In this document: piece after piece, positions 26,114 to 39,530 of the stretch
How positions within the stretch are numbered: position 1 is the first letter of the stretch
Layout of the letters: each line of letters starts with the position of its first letter
Assembly (NCBI GenBank): GCA_030390025.1
Contig: CM059425.1
Location: 172,982,001 to 173,046,000 of the forward strand
Direction of reading: 5' to 3'
Length of the DNA stretch: 64,000 bases
From: Squalus acanthias
Taxonomy: Eukaryota
The notes under the pieces: generated by a model
What the model saw: only the letters and a program-made list of their open reading frames with translations
The model's database searches: none
Told to the model about the DNA's origin: nothing
Position numbers and translations under genes: made by a program

Positions 26114-26789
26114 CAGAAGGTTGTGGTTTCAAGCCCCACTCCAGAGACCTGAGCACATAATCTAGGCTGAATTCAATGAAGTACTGAGGAACTGCTACAC
26201 TATCAGAGGTGCCGTCTTTCAGATGAGATTTTAGACTGAGGGCTTGCCTGACTCCCTCAGGTGGACGTAAAAGATCCCATGGCATTTTTTGAAGGAGGGC
26301 AGGGGAGTTTTCCCAGTGTCCTGGCCAACATTTATCCCTCAACCAACATCACTAAAATCGATTATCTGGTCATTTAACTGTTTGTGAGACTTCTTGTGTG
26401 CAAATCACAGCAGTTAGTATACTTGAAGAGTACTTCGTTGGCTGTGAAGCACTTTGTAACATCCTGAGGTTGTGAAAGGCGCTATATAAATGCAATTCCT
26501 TTCTTTCTTCAGACTTCAATAATCCTAAGATTCACAAATTCACAAAGTTTATAACTGACAAGCATGGGGTTCTCCAGAATACCTCCCTGCCCCTGCCTTC
26601 CACACACATACCCATGTGCTGCTAGGAAATGTGAACAACTGGGGGCACAGATCCACATATCAGTACTACATCATTTGGATCAGAACTCCCCATTTGGCTG
26701 TCAAGTTGGAAAATCAATAAACACAAACAGGTCCAGTTGTGAGCAGACATGCCAGGAGGACAAATATTTGGTTGACAAATGTTAACTAA

Positions 26790-26878
26790 GACAAGAGTAA
26801 AATACTGCAGCTGCTGGAAATCTGAAATACAAACAGAAAATGCTGGATACACTCCGCAGGTCAGGCAGCATCTGTGGC
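26790..26878 (-). mobile_element. Penelope-like terminal repeat fragment
   Basis: aaatactgcagctgctggaaatctgaaa...caggtcaggcagcatctgtgg; related to 11725-11790. Confidence 0.65.
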
Positions 26879-28127
26879 TTCTCTTCTTTTGCCTCTTATC
26901 CTTGCAGTTGCAGATCAGATGACTGTTGCCTGCTGCTCCTCCTCATCCTCTTCCAGCCACAATAGCATCCCAAACACAATCTATAATGCCAACCAGAAGT
27001 TTTACCGGAAGACCCTGGTCAAAATTCCACTGTAGAACAGTTTAACATCAGCTACAACAGCCAACACAGCCAACACAGCCAAAACAGCACACTAGCTTTT
27101 AAAATGAACATACCTGAAGCCAGCTTATGATCCCTCTAACTAACACAGGAAATAGCATCCTCCTGACTGTTCCTGCCTGTGATTTGTGGGTATATTACAG
27201 AACTTGCAAATAGCATGCTAAAGTTGTTCAAAATGGCATTTGGGTTTGGAAGCTAGTGCAGGACTCTATTCCTTTCCTTCCTCACCCTCCCCCCTCTTCC
27301 TCCTTTCCCTCACCCTCCTCCCTCTTCCTCCTTTCCCTCACCCTCCCCCCTCTTCCTCCTTTCCCTCACCCTTCCCTCTCCCCACCTTTGTCATTCTCCC
27401 CCTCTCCACCCACCCCTCCTTCTTGGTCTGATTCAATGATCCCCACCCTCCAACCCTGCTTGACCTAAACACTGCACTTGGTCTTGACTCCTCGTATGCA
27501 GCACCACAGGAGATCGACCAGCATTAATTAGAAACATTTAGGCTACACATCTTTTTCGGAAAATAAACTTTTATTTAAAGATAAATAAAAATGCATTAAA
27601 AATCTGATAATGGCAGACAGGAGATTCACCCCAAAAGTCCTCGGATGCTATTTTTGAACTATATTCAGTTGGAGCTCCTATAAAAGTAATTTCACATAAT
27701 ACTGTACCATGGAACTCGATGGTAAAGAAATCCTTTCTGGATCTTAAGCTCATATCTACCCCAAAGAAATGACATGGCCTGAATTCCACTTCCCACACTG
27801 TTAGGAACACGTAACTCCAATATTTTATAAAACACATTACTTGCTAATGTATGTAACATTATTACATTGCAACAAGAAGTTTATCATGTAGGAGAGATTC
27901 TGGACAGAAGGTGTAAAAGAAGAGGCTGGGTGGTGAACAAGAGGCAATGGAACATTCATGCGTTTTTAACAGACAATTGAATGCAGAGAGAGGGCTCTGT
28001 CCAGAGAGAATGCCTTGAAGCAGCAATGGGGTTGAGGGTGCAAAGAACTTATAAGATTTTAAATGCAGATCTATATTTTCTATTGTGCACCCGGAGATAC
28101 AGATATCTGGGGTGCGGGGCGGGGGGG

Positions 28128-28298
28128 GGGGGGGAATTGGTCTACAACTTTAGCACAAATTGTGCTGATAGAGAATTGGCAGCCCGTTTTACATCGCGTC
28201 TGATTTTCTTTTCTATTCAAGTCATTGAAGGTGTAGAATGGGCTGCCGAATTGTTATGAGCTTGTTTCGCGCTACTGGCATAGATCAATTTCACTCCT
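28128..28298. mobile_element. Short palindromic Harbinger-like MITE
   Basis: gggggaattggtcta / tagatcaatttcactcc ends; internal inverted repeat ggcagcccgttttaca / tgtagaatgggctgcc. Confidence 0.5.
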
Positions 28299-29606
28299 GT
28301 GGTATTCAACCTATCATATCTTGAGCAGTGGGGAAACATTGCAGTAATAGTGCTGTTTTCCTAAATAAACAAATATTGTTTGTTAATATTGTTTCATAAC
28401 TATTTATTATTCATGGATCATTTACAATCAAATCATCATATTAAAACATGCAATTAGTTTCACAAATGAGGATAGAATCCATGCTGGGAACGATTAACAT
28501 TTTTATCTTTGCTCTGTGGATCTTTTGTGTATGACTGACTATATGTTGTAATGTAAACTAGTGCAATAATAAGTATGTATGAACGTTAAACAAATGGTAT
28601 ATATTTAGTATTTTGCAAAATAATATCACAACTGTAATGTTTTCATACTTTCTTTGGTTCCAATTAGCTTTTGACAGTACACAGAATAAGTAAGAGAAAA
28701 TATTTCTATCACAGTTCAGGGCCTTTTGATCATTTTTCTATAGTAAGAATTTGAAAAGAAGTTATTTAAATATTGTGTGTCAAAAGTAAATAATAAAGAA
28801 GGGATCTGAAACGGTAGGTAGTTAAGATACTAATGAGCTAGCTTTTTTGTGTCCTCTTATATAGTAAATTCTAAGCAGTTCAGTAACTTGTCCATGTAAT
28901 TGATAAACTCCTAACACCCATTTCACTGGAAGGTTTTTCATCTTTTTCCAACTGTGAACAGCCAGGAATAAAGCAGAATGTCAGACACCTAAGAAACTGC
29001 TGAGGCAGAAAGGCCCCAGAAATGCAGGCTTAATAAGTCAAAATGCAGAGGATGTTTAAGTCAAGCAAGATGATGTACTGGAGTGGGGTAGTATAGCGAA
29101 TTGATTATTTTACGAGGAGATAAGTTGTATCGATTGAACAAAGTGAATCTGATTATAACTGTGGCTCTATACGTTATCCTTATTGTGGAATAGGCAGCTT
29201 AATTATATAAACCAAATCTCACCTGATCTAGAGTCAATGTGGATGTAAAATTAAATGGGCAATTCAGCTACAGGTGCCATCACAGCTGAGACTGATCATA
29301 CCTGAGCATTTCTAGCTGGGGTGAACAAAACAGAAAGCCTGGCTTTTCTTTCCCTCGCAATAACAAGGACACTGAGGCTGTTTATAACACCCCATTAGTG
29401 CCTCAGCTGAGAGCAGCACAGACCAGGGGCCATGTGTGGGACCTCCCTGATCTATATGACTAACGGTCAAATTACACGAGGCATTTATTTACAGAGAACT
29501 CCAGGAAAAGTTACACAGGAACATTTTCATTAAAGACTGGCCAGAATTTGGAACTCTTGTTCTAGATTTCTAAGACCCTTTTACCACAAAGTACTAGAGA
29601 TTCCTT

Positions 29607-31374
29607 TGCTGGAATTTTCCAGGGTGGTAGCAGGCACGATTGGTGGCGGGTTGGGTGAGAAAGGTGTTATTTTTGACAGTGGGTCGGGAACCCACTGTCT
29701 TTTCGCTCCCACGCGCCTTTCCCCCAGGCGCGTCTGTCATCGTGGACCCGACCTGCTCGGCAGAGGCAGGCGACCCAGTTTAAACAATTATTAGCTTGTT
29801 GTCAGACCCTTAAGAGTGTTTTTAACCTTACCTTTTAAATTTAACTGGATGCCCACGGGGACTACGCTGCTTGGGAAGCAGGTCTGTAAACCTGAGGCGG
29901 GAGTTGAGTGACCATTGCTCCAGCTGAATAGTTGACAGGATGACATGTACTATAAAATCTCCCACCTGACAGCTGATCACTTTCCTCAGGCAGAAGCTGT
30001 TTCTCACTGCATTTGCAACACGGATTGAGCTTTCTGCAGGCTGCAGGTCTTTCAAGCAAAGTCTCCATCCAGTGTCACCTCATTGTAAGAACATCTCTCA
30101 CGATTGACAGATTGCTTCTGTCATCTCTATTTCACCTGCCATCTATTCCATCAACATGGGCGCTGTTTATACTATCTTACCTTGGTCCTCAGAATCTGAC
30201 CACGATAAGCCCCAACACCAGCAGCACCAACAACAACAACAACCTTCTCCGCAATCAACTGATGCTGCACAGGACAGAGGGCATCAGCATATGAGCGTAT
30301 TGCTGCCCGGGAGGCCAGGGATGGCCTCATCATGGCCAGATTTAGTTAACTTGACGCTGTGCACCCATATAGTTGTCACATGATGCGCCAGGTTGGCACC
30401 ACCCCACACCAATACCATAAGGAATCCCTACAATGACCAAGCCATTCCTTTCACACTCATCACCATTGCGGGGGGTACTGTTACGTTTCACCATTCACTG
30501 CAACTGACTAAGCCACTTCCAAAGGTGCACGCAAATCTCTCCAAGTGTTGAAAATAAAGATAAGATAAAGACACCACATTAACAAAAACTTTACATAAAC
30601 ATTGGATAAAACACCCAAGTGCCTACCCTTGTGTGTTGTTAGTTGGTATAATTGGACTAGGATGAGGGTGAGTGTGAGGGGTGGCTAGTGAGATGGGGAT
30701 GTGATAATGTAGATAGAGAGGGATGGGTGGAGGTGCAAGGTAGGTTGGTGTGAGTAAGGATGTGCAGGAGAAGGGTAGGGAAGGCAGAGTGATGGGGATG
30801 TGATGAGAGGCACAGCAGGATGCAGTTGAGTGTGGCTTTGTACTAACGCTTCGTGATCTAATGAGATCATTGAAACATTTGCGGCACTGCACCCAGGTCC
30901 TCCTGACCACATCCCTGCTTGTAACCTCCTCTGCAATCTGCAACCAGGCTGTCTTGGTCTCCTGGTGGGTTTCTCCTGCCCATTGGAAGGGAAGAGGACC
31001 CCTCTGCATGCTCTGACTCCCTCTATAAGCATATGGAGGGAGTCATGGGAGCGCCTGGGTGCAGCCCTCTGCCTCTGTCGTTGTCAGTTTTTGCAGCACT
31101 CCAATGCTGTAGTGCACTGTCAGCACTATGTTAGATTAAACTTCAAATCTAATGTGGCCATGCTCCCTTTAAAGATCCCGGCTGAAAACGCGTCATGAAT
31201 GACGTCACCAGACCCGCTCCATCTCATTGGGCCGGGTAACGGGCTGGGGGGGGCTTAATAGGCCCCATTGAGGTAAGTTCATTTTCAACAACGGGATGGA
31301 GCCAGCAGTGGGGTCGCGACCCCCCACGGACGCCGCCCGCACCGGACCCGCCGAGGTAGGCAAAATTCCAGCCA
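29607..31374 (-). mobile_element. Non-autonomous Harbinger (~1.75-kb family) with Myb-like exon
   Basis: TIR-like gctggaatttt / aaaattccagc; AWLQIAEEVTSRDVVRRTWVQCRKCFNDL; collinear with 35087-36833. Confidence 0.85.
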
Positions 31375-31652
31375 AGTGTTTCTTTGCTAATACAGTACTG
31401 TGCAGTATTGCACCTTCAATCCCAACCCTAAGCTGCACGGCTGCACGGCCGCGCAGTTCCCTCGAGGCTGCCATGCATCAGGTGGTGCAGGCCACGCAGT
31501 CCCACTGGAGCGGGCTCCAGCACGCAGGCACTCTTTTCAATCGTGTCCCACAGGTCCGTTCTTTAGGCCAGCAGGAGCGGGCTTCGGCGCCTGTGCGCTG
31601 GACACATTTTGGCACCTGCATGCTGGAGCCGCTACAGGCCTGAGCTCTGAGG

Positions 31653-33827
31653 TTTTTTTTTATTCATTCATGGGATGTGGACGTCGCCGGCAAGGGCAGC
31701 ATTTATTGCCCATCCCTAGTTGCCCTTGAGAAGGTGGTGGTGCGCCGCCTTCTTGAACCGCTGCAGTCCGTGTAGTGAAAGTACTCCCACAGTGCTGTTA
31801 GGGAGGGAGATCCAGGATTTTGACCCAGCGACGATGAAGGATCGGCAATATACTTCTAAGTCAGGATGGTGTGTGACTTGGAGGGGAACTTGGAGGTGAT
31901 GGTGTTCCCATGTGCCTGCTGCCCTTGTCCTTCTAGGTGGAAGAGGTCACAGGTTGGGGAGATGCTGCCGAAGAAGCCTTGGCGAGTTGCTGCAGTGCAT
32001 CTTGTAGATGGTACACACTGCAGCCACGGTACGCCGGTGGTGGAGGGAGTGAATGTTTAAGGTGGTAGATGGGGTGCCAATCAAGCGGGCTGCTTTGTCC
32101 TGGATGGTGTTGAGCTTCTTGAGTTTGTTGGAGCTGCACTCATCCAGGCAAGTGGAGAGTATTCCATCACACTCCTTACTTGTGCCTTGTAGATGGTAGA
32201 AAGGCTTTGGGGATTCAGAAGGTGAGACACTCGCCACAAAATACCTAGCCTCTGACCTGCTCTTGATGCCACAGTATTTATGTGGCTGGTCCAGTTAAGT
32301 TTCTGGTCAATGGTGACCCCCAGGAGGTTGATGGTGGGGGATTCGGTGATGGTAATGCCATTGAATGTCAAGGGGCGGTGATTAGACTCTCGTTTGTTGG
32401 AAATAGTTATTGCCTGGCACTTCTGTGGTGCGAATGTTACCTGCCACTTATCAGCCCAAGCCTGAACGTCGTCCAGGTCTTGTTGCATGCGGGCATGGAC
32501 TGCTTTATTATCTGAGGAGTTGTGAATGGCACTGAACACTGTGCAGTCATCAGCGAACATCCCCATTTCTGATCTTATGTTGGAGGGAAGGTCATTGATG
32601 AAGCAGCTGAAGATGATTGGGCCTAGGACACTGCCCTGAGGAACTCCTGCAGCGATGTCCTGGGGCTGTGATGATTGACTTTCAATCACCACAATCATCT
32701 TCCTTTGTGCTAGGTATGGCTCCAGCCAGTGGCGAGTTTTCCCCCCGATTCCCATTGACCTCAGTTTTACTAGGGCTCCTTCATGCCACACTCGGTCAAA
32801 TGCAGCCTTGATGTCAGGACAGTCACTCTCACTTCTCCTCTGGAATTCAGCTCCTTTGTCCATGTTTGGACCAAGGCTGTAATAGGTCGGGAGCCGAGTG
32901 GTCTTGGCGGAACCCAAACTGGGCATCAGTGAGCAGGTTATTGGTGAGTAAGTGCCGCTTGGTGGCACTGTTGATGACACCTTCCATCACTTTGCTGATG
33001 ATTGAGAGTAGACTGATGGGGCGGTAATTGGCCGGATTGGATTTGTCCTGCTTTTTGTGGTCAGGTCATACCTGGGCAGTTTTCTACATTGTCGGATAGA
33101 TGCCAGTGTTGTAGCTGTACTGGAACAGCTTGGCTAGAGGCGCGGCTAGTTCTGGAGCACAAGTCCAAAGCACGATAGCTGGGATGTTGTCAGGGCCCAA
33201 AGCCTTTGCTGTATCCAATGCGCTCAGCCATTTCTTGATATAACGTGGAGTGAATCGAATTGGCTGAAGACTAGCTTCTGTGATGGTGTGGACCTCAGGA
33301 GTAGGCCGATATGGATCATCCACTTGGCACTTCTGGCTGAAGATGGTTGCAAACGCTTCAGCCTTGTCTTTTGCACTCATGTGTTGGGCTCCACCATCAT
33401 TGAGGAGGGGAATATTCATGGAGCCTCCTCCTCCTGTTAGTTGTTTAATGGTCCACCACCATTCACGACTGGATGTGCAGGACTTCAGAGCTTTGATTTG
33501 ATCTGGTGATTGTGGGATCACTAAGCCCTGTCTATAGCATGCTGCTTCCGCTTTTTAGCATGCATGTAGTCCTGTATTGCAGCTTCCCCAGGTTGGCACC
33601 TCATTTATAGGTACGCCTGGTGCTGCTCCTGGCATGCTCTTCTACACTCCTCATTGAACCAGGGTTGGTCCCCTGGCTCGATGGTAATGATAGAGTGAGG
33701 GATATGCCGGGCCATGAGTTTACAGATTGTGGTGGAATACAATTCTGCTGCTGCTGATGGCCCACAGCGCCTCATGGATACCCAGTTTTGAGCTGTTAGA
33801 TCTGTTCTGAATCTAACCCATTTAGCA
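31653..33827 (-). mobile_element. CR1-Zenon-like LINE, truncated by satellite
   Basis: Collinear with 46541-48655; GPDNIP, DIKAAFDRVWH and FADD motifs; poly(A) tail. Confidence 0.9.
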
Positions 33828-34758
33828 AGGGAGAGACGGGGAAAGAGAGAGAGAGACTGGGGAGGGAGAGAGAGAGACTGGGGGAGAGAGAGACTGGGGG
33901 AGAGAGAGAGAGACTGGGGGAGAGAGAGAGAGAGAGACTGGGGGAGAGAGAGAGAGAGAAAGAGACTGGGGAGAGAGAGAGAGACGGGAGAGAGAGAGAG
34001 ACTGGGGAGGAGAGAGAGAGAGAGAGAGAGACTGGGGGAGAGAGAGAGAGAGAGACGAGAGAGAGAGAGACTGGGTGAGAGAGAGAGAGACGGGAGAGAG
34101 AGAGAGACTGGGGGTGAGAGAGACGGGAGAGAGAGAGAGACTGGGGGAGAGAGAGAGAGACGGAAGAGAGAGAGAGACTGGGGGAGAGAGAGAGAGAGAG
34201 AGACGGGAGAGAGAGAGAGACTGGGGGTGAGAGAGAGAGACGGGAGAGAGAGAGAGACGGGAGAGAGAGAGAGAGAGACTGGGGGAGAGAGAGAGAGAGA
34301 GACGGGAGAGAGAGAGAGACTGGGGGAGAGAGAGAGAGAGAGACGGGAGAGAGAGAGAGACTGGGGGTGAGAGAGAGAGACGGGAGAGAGAGAGAGACTG
34401 GGGGAGAGAGAGAGAGAGAGACGGGAGAGAGACAGAAACTGGGGAGAGAGAGAGAGTGAGTCGGGAGAGAGACAGAAACTGGGGAGAGAGAGAGACTGGG
34501 GGAGAGAGAGAGAGAGAGAGACAGGAGAGAGAGAGAGACTGGGGGAGAGAGAGAGACGGGAGAGAGAGAGAGACTGGGGGAGAGAGAGAGAGAGAGAGAC
34601 TGCGGGGAGAGACTGGGGAGAGAGAGAAAGAGACTGGGGAGAGAGACTGGGGGGGAGAGAGAGAGAGAGACGCGGGGAGAGAAAGAGAGAGAGATGGGGT
34701 GAGGGAGAATCTGGGGGGAGAGAGAGAGAGATGGGGAGAGAGAGACTGGGGGACAGAG
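33828..34758 (+). repeat. Compound (GA)n micro/minisatellite with actggggga and acggga spacers
   Basis: Directly visible; explains the Ser/Leu/Pro ORFs. Confidence 0.97.
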
Positions 34759-35086
34759 ATTCCCTGTGCTTCTTGCAATAGCGGTAAAAAAATCTTTCAC
34801 ATCCACCAACTGGGCCTCAGTTATTCATCTCTTCTAAAACGTGCAGGCAGTTATCGCTCAGCATTACACTGAGCTGGGACACTAAGGGCATTCAATTAAT
34901 TGCGAACAGGTTAGCAGAGCTGGTGTCTGATATGAGCACCTTTATTATCACAAGAGCTCAAATAGAAACACATTGTCAAGAAGCATTTCCCCGAAGAGGG
35001 AAAGAATTCTGCTCATTTTTCAACACTGACAGGATTTCAAATATTTTTAAACATGCGAGGAAAGCTCTCTCCTGAATCGACACTGA

Positions 35087-36833
35087 GGGAGAATTTTTCA
35101 GAGGGTAATTTTTGGGGGGTTAGTGGGCGTGATCGGTGGCGGGCCGGGTGGGAAAATTGATTTTTTTTGACAGCGTGCTTTTCCCAAATGTTGGGTCTGT
35201 CAGCGCTGAGCAGACCCGACATGCAGCGGCGGGGGAGGCAATTCAGGTCATTATGACCTTGTTAACAGCCCATTAAGAACTATTTTGAGCTCACCTTCAG
35301 AGTTTGCCAGGTCGCCCACGGGGATCACATCAGGTAAGCAGGTCAGGAGTTGAATGGCAATGGAATCATCTCATTACTTGACAGCTGCAAATGTGCTATA
35401 AAAGCTCCCATCTCACAGCTGTTCACTTTCCAAGCTCAGAAGCTGTTGCTTACTGCATTTGGAAGACACATTGAGCTTTATGCAGGCTGCAAGTGTTTGG
35501 AGTAAACTATCCAGTGTCACCACATTGAAACAACCTCTCTCACCATTGACAGATCACTTCTGTCATCTCAAGTTCACCTGCCATCTATTACATCAGCATC
35601 AGTGCCCTTGAAACAATCTCACCTTGGTCCTCAGAATCCCACCACGATCAGCCCCAACACCAGCAGCACCAGGCACACCAGCAGCACCAACAACAACACC
35701 AACCTTCTCCGCAATCAACTGATGCTGCACAGGACAGAGGGCATCAGCACCCAACCACATTGCTGCCCGGGGTGCCAGTGATGGCCTCACCATGGCCAGA
35801 TTTACTTCACTTGACGCTGTACACCCTGGCTGCCATATGATGTGCCAGGTTGGCACCATCCCACACCAACACCATAGAGCAATCCTACAATGCCCAAGCC
35901 ATTCCTATCACACTCATCACCATTGCGGGGGGTACCGTTGTGTCTCACCATTCACTGCAACTCATTAAGCCATTTCCAAAGGTGCACACAGATCTGTTCA
36001 AGAACGCAAAGTGTTGAAAATAAAGATTTCAATGTTTGACAGCACATTAACAGAAGCTTCACATGAACATTGGCTAAAACACCCAAGTGCCTACCCTTGT
36101 GTGTTGTTAGTTGGTATGATTGGACTAGGATGAGGGTGAGTGTGAGGTTGGCTAGTGAGATGGGGAAGTGATAATGTCGATAGAGAGGAATGGGTAGAGG
36201 TGCCAGGTTAGTTGGTGTGAGTAAGGATGTGCAGGAGTAGGGTAGGGAAGGCAGAGTGATGGGGGTGTGATGAGTGGCACAGCAGGATGAGGTTGAGTGT
36301 GGCTTTGCAATAACGTTTTGTGATCTACTGAGATCATTGAAAGGTTTGCACCACTGCAGCCTGGTCCTCCTGATGACATTCCTGCTTGTGTCCTCCTGTG
36401 TATTGTGCAACCAGGCTGCGTTGGTCTCCTGGGGAGGACTCTTCCGCCCATTTGAAGGGAAGAGAACCTCCCTGCGTGCTGTGACTCCCTCCATAAGCAT
36501 ATGGAGGGAGTCATGGGAGAGCCTGGGTGCAGTCGTGCGCCTTTGTGCAGTGCTTGTCCGTGTTTGCAGCACCTCAATGCTGTAGAACACTGACAGCACA
36601 AATGTCAAACTAAATTGCGCATGGTCCCTTTAAGGAAACCAGCTGATGCTGCATCATCAAATGATGTCATCAGACCCGCTTCCTTCAATTGGCCGGCAAA
36701 CGCGGTGGGCGGGCTTAACAAGCCCAATCAGGGGAAAATCATTTTGGACAGTGGGCTGGAGCCAGCAGCGAGGCCGGGACCCGCCACCGACGTCGTCCGC
36801 CATGGACCCACTGAGGTTGGTAAAATCCAGCCC
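35087..36833 (-). mobile_element. Non-autonomous Harbinger (~1.75-kb family)
   Basis: TIRs gggagaatttt / aaaatccagccc; TSD TGA; Myb-like exon at ~36320-36560. Confidence 0.88.
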
Positions 36834-36870
36834 TGATTCTCTGTTTCTCCTTTTGCACCAATGTTCTTTG

Positions 36871-37177
36871 CAGAGAGAGACAGTGAAACAAATAGACAGA
36901 GAGACAGGGAGAGAGAGAGACATAGAGAGAGAGAGAGGGACAGAGAGAGAGAGAGAGAGGGACAGAGAGAGAGAGAGAGAGGGACAGAGAGAGAGAGAGA
37001 GGGGGACAGAGAGAGAGAGACAGGGACAGAGAGAGAGAGAGAGGGGGACAGAGAGAGGGAGACAGGGACAGAGAGAGAGACAGGGACAGAGAGAGAGACA
37101 AGGACAGGGACAGAGAGAGAGATCGAGGGAGAGAGCGTGAGAGACAGGGACAGAGGGAGAGAGAGCAAGAGAGAGAA
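36871..37177 (+). repeat. (GA)n / gggaca simple repeat
   Basis: Directly visible. Confidence 0.95.
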
Positions 37178-39252
37178 GGGTGAGGGTCCAGGCGGGCGGG
37201 TGTAGTCCGTTCCCAGGGACTGAGCGGCAGCCGCACTTTGGAACAACACAGTTGGAGGTGCAGCACAGGTACAATGACCGCTGGAAGGAGGCTAAAGCAA
37301 ACAATTTTTAGGCCCACGGTGACATTTTTAAAAATTCGCAAAATTGTTTAAAGCAAGAAGAAAATATGGGAAATATGAAGAAAATATGATGTTGAATGTC
37401 CCACGGTAAGCTCCAGTTAAATTTTGCCAGGCATTGTCCCCTTTTTGAAAGAGTTTATCAGGGTTATTTAAATCATGTTATGAAAGAGGGAAAAAGCTGG
37501 TGCCCCTGTTTGTACCTCAGTCTGTGAGAGACGGAGGGAATGGCAGCAGAAAAAGAGGAAACAACTTCTCCAAAACTGATCCCAAGTCATCGCCAAGGCT
37601 GGGGATAGATAACCTCACCGCCTTCTTAGGAAGTTTAACCACTTTATTCACTTTCTTATTTGAGCTCCGTTTGGAATTAGAGTTTATTTTATTATTTTTT
37701 GTTGCATGTTTAATGACAGAGTTGAAGAAGGAAAGAAAAATTTGGAGCAACTTATGTCAAAGCTGCAATGAGACTTGAAAGAATTTAAAGATTTTTAATG
37801 AACTTTTCACAAAAAATGAGTGTTAAAAACACTTTTCCCCCCCCATGGTTTCGATTTTGGAAGAAACAAGCAAAAATCAATTTTCCCCCATCTAAACAAG
37901 TTTCAACCAGGTCTTGAAGTCCAAACGCTTTTAAAGAGACTCTGAATTGCTTAAAAAGTTTTAAAATTGAAATTTCTCAATATTTGATTTTGAACAATCG
38001 ACGGAAGTGAGTAGCTTTACACAAACATGCAACCATGCTGTTGAGGAGGGGGAGGGCAGGGGAGGATTTGTAGGAAATACATATTACTTTTTATTGACTT
38101 TAAAAAAAATATCATTATGACATTTAGGAAGAGAACCAAAAAAGGGGGGAAACACAAACCATTTTATTTTGTCTGTCATTCTATATTCCGAACAAGTCCC
38201 AGGAATAATGTAAATGTAGATTTCCTCTTAAACATTTAATGGAGTGTTAATAGAAACAAGAGTTATATAATGATGTATAAAAATTGCAGGAAGCTGCTTT
38301 AGAAGAAACCACTTTTTTTATTGAGACACAGAAAATACTTCGGTTAAACTGATCATGTATAATTTGATTTGGTATAAATGTTTGAAATAGGAGATTAAAA
38401 ATTGAGAGTACAATTAAGTTTGTTTCCTGCTATTTAATTGCTAAGTACCTAAAATAATTCAACACTTCTTGTGATAAGAGCAGGGATTAATATTGTGGAG
38501 AATGTTTGAGAGAAAAACATGAGAAGTGAAATTCGTAAATTAACATCTTTACGTCAACATATTAGTAAACATTTCCAAGTCAGTCTTATTGGTTCTCCTG
38601 GCCTGGAAGAAAGATGAATGTTTATTTCTGTTAAATCATAGCTTTTCCTGCTTTTTGTTTTTAATTCGGTGACGTAAATTGTGTATGTGTTTTTCTGCAC
38701 TTGTGAATAAGTGCTGCATTTCTGACATGTTACAAGGGGTGGGGGGCGGTGTGCTGGTTCAAGAGGACAACGTTTATTAATGGAAGTGATTGAAGTTGAA
38801 AATACAAATACCAGTTCTTGTTCAACTGTTCAATTCTTTTTAATACTGCGAACTAAAGAACTACAGCACTTTATATTTGTTGGTTGTCTGGTTGCATTGT
38901 GATTAATATTCTAATTACTTATGTGGACGTACAGCACATCAGCGCCATAGGAAAGCCGCTGCTCCTGCTGCTTGTGCAGCCATTGCTATAGTGACATGAG
39001 GGATTGGCTAATATGTTGAAAACTTTAAAATTAATATTAATTGCACGAATAGATATGCCTCTTTCAGCTCACCTTGGATTTTTGGATTGTTTGTCGATGC
39101 ATAACCGTGTAACTGAGTGACGTTTCTGAAGTGTTAATGTATTATTATTCAGTTCTTTTATATCCCAGTCATTTCTGACAAGAATTTTTTTTTTAAATAG
39201 AGTTTGTACATGACGAACTAAAAGTTTTTAATTAATTCTACCATAAACAAAC

Positions 39253-39530
39253 TTGCAGAATGGGCATGTAAATGACAAATGAATTTCAATATAGATAAGT
39301 ATGAGGTGGTGCATTTTGGTAGGAGGAATAAGAAGGCTACCTACTCCTTGGAAAATAAGAATCTGAATGTGGTAGAGGTGCAAAGGGATCTAGGGGTATA
39401 GATTCACAAATCATTAAAGGTAGCAACACAGGTTAAAAAAGCCATGAAAGTGCAAATAAAGCACTGGGATTCATTTCTAGAAGAATAGAATTCAAAAGCA
39501 GAGAAGTTATGTTAAACCTGTATCTCACCT
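39253..39530 (+). mobile_element. Old CR1 RT fragment
   Basis: QMNFNIDKYEVVHFGRRN...QRDLGV...ALGFISRRIEFKSREVMLNLY. Confidence 0.8.

Larger units (their letters stand above)
24830..26509 (+). mobile_element. tRNA-derived Deu-type SINE split by CR1 (head 24830-24871, remainder 26114-26509)
   Basis: Box A-like gctcagtgg, then cagaag TSD, box B-like gtttcaagcc, central gtactgagg...agatgaga...gtggacgtaaaagatcccatggca, and L2-like tail gctatataaatgcaa(ttct)n. Confidence 0.75.

Noticed and set aside
27571..27837. 88-aa ORF in unique intronic DNA
   Set aside because: No recognisable homology or splice context.
33796..34872. Long Ser/Leu/Pro and Glu/Arg ORFs (337, 318 and 138 aa)
   Set aside because: They are translations of the (GA)n satellite; the same holds for 36646-37341.
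39073..39125. Possible extra 53-nt TMEM232 exon (cag ... gtgagc on the minus strand)
   Set aside because: It would shift the frame of a phase-0 intron, has a weak pyrimidine tract, and the flanking exons already join as ...KVAE|AELN.
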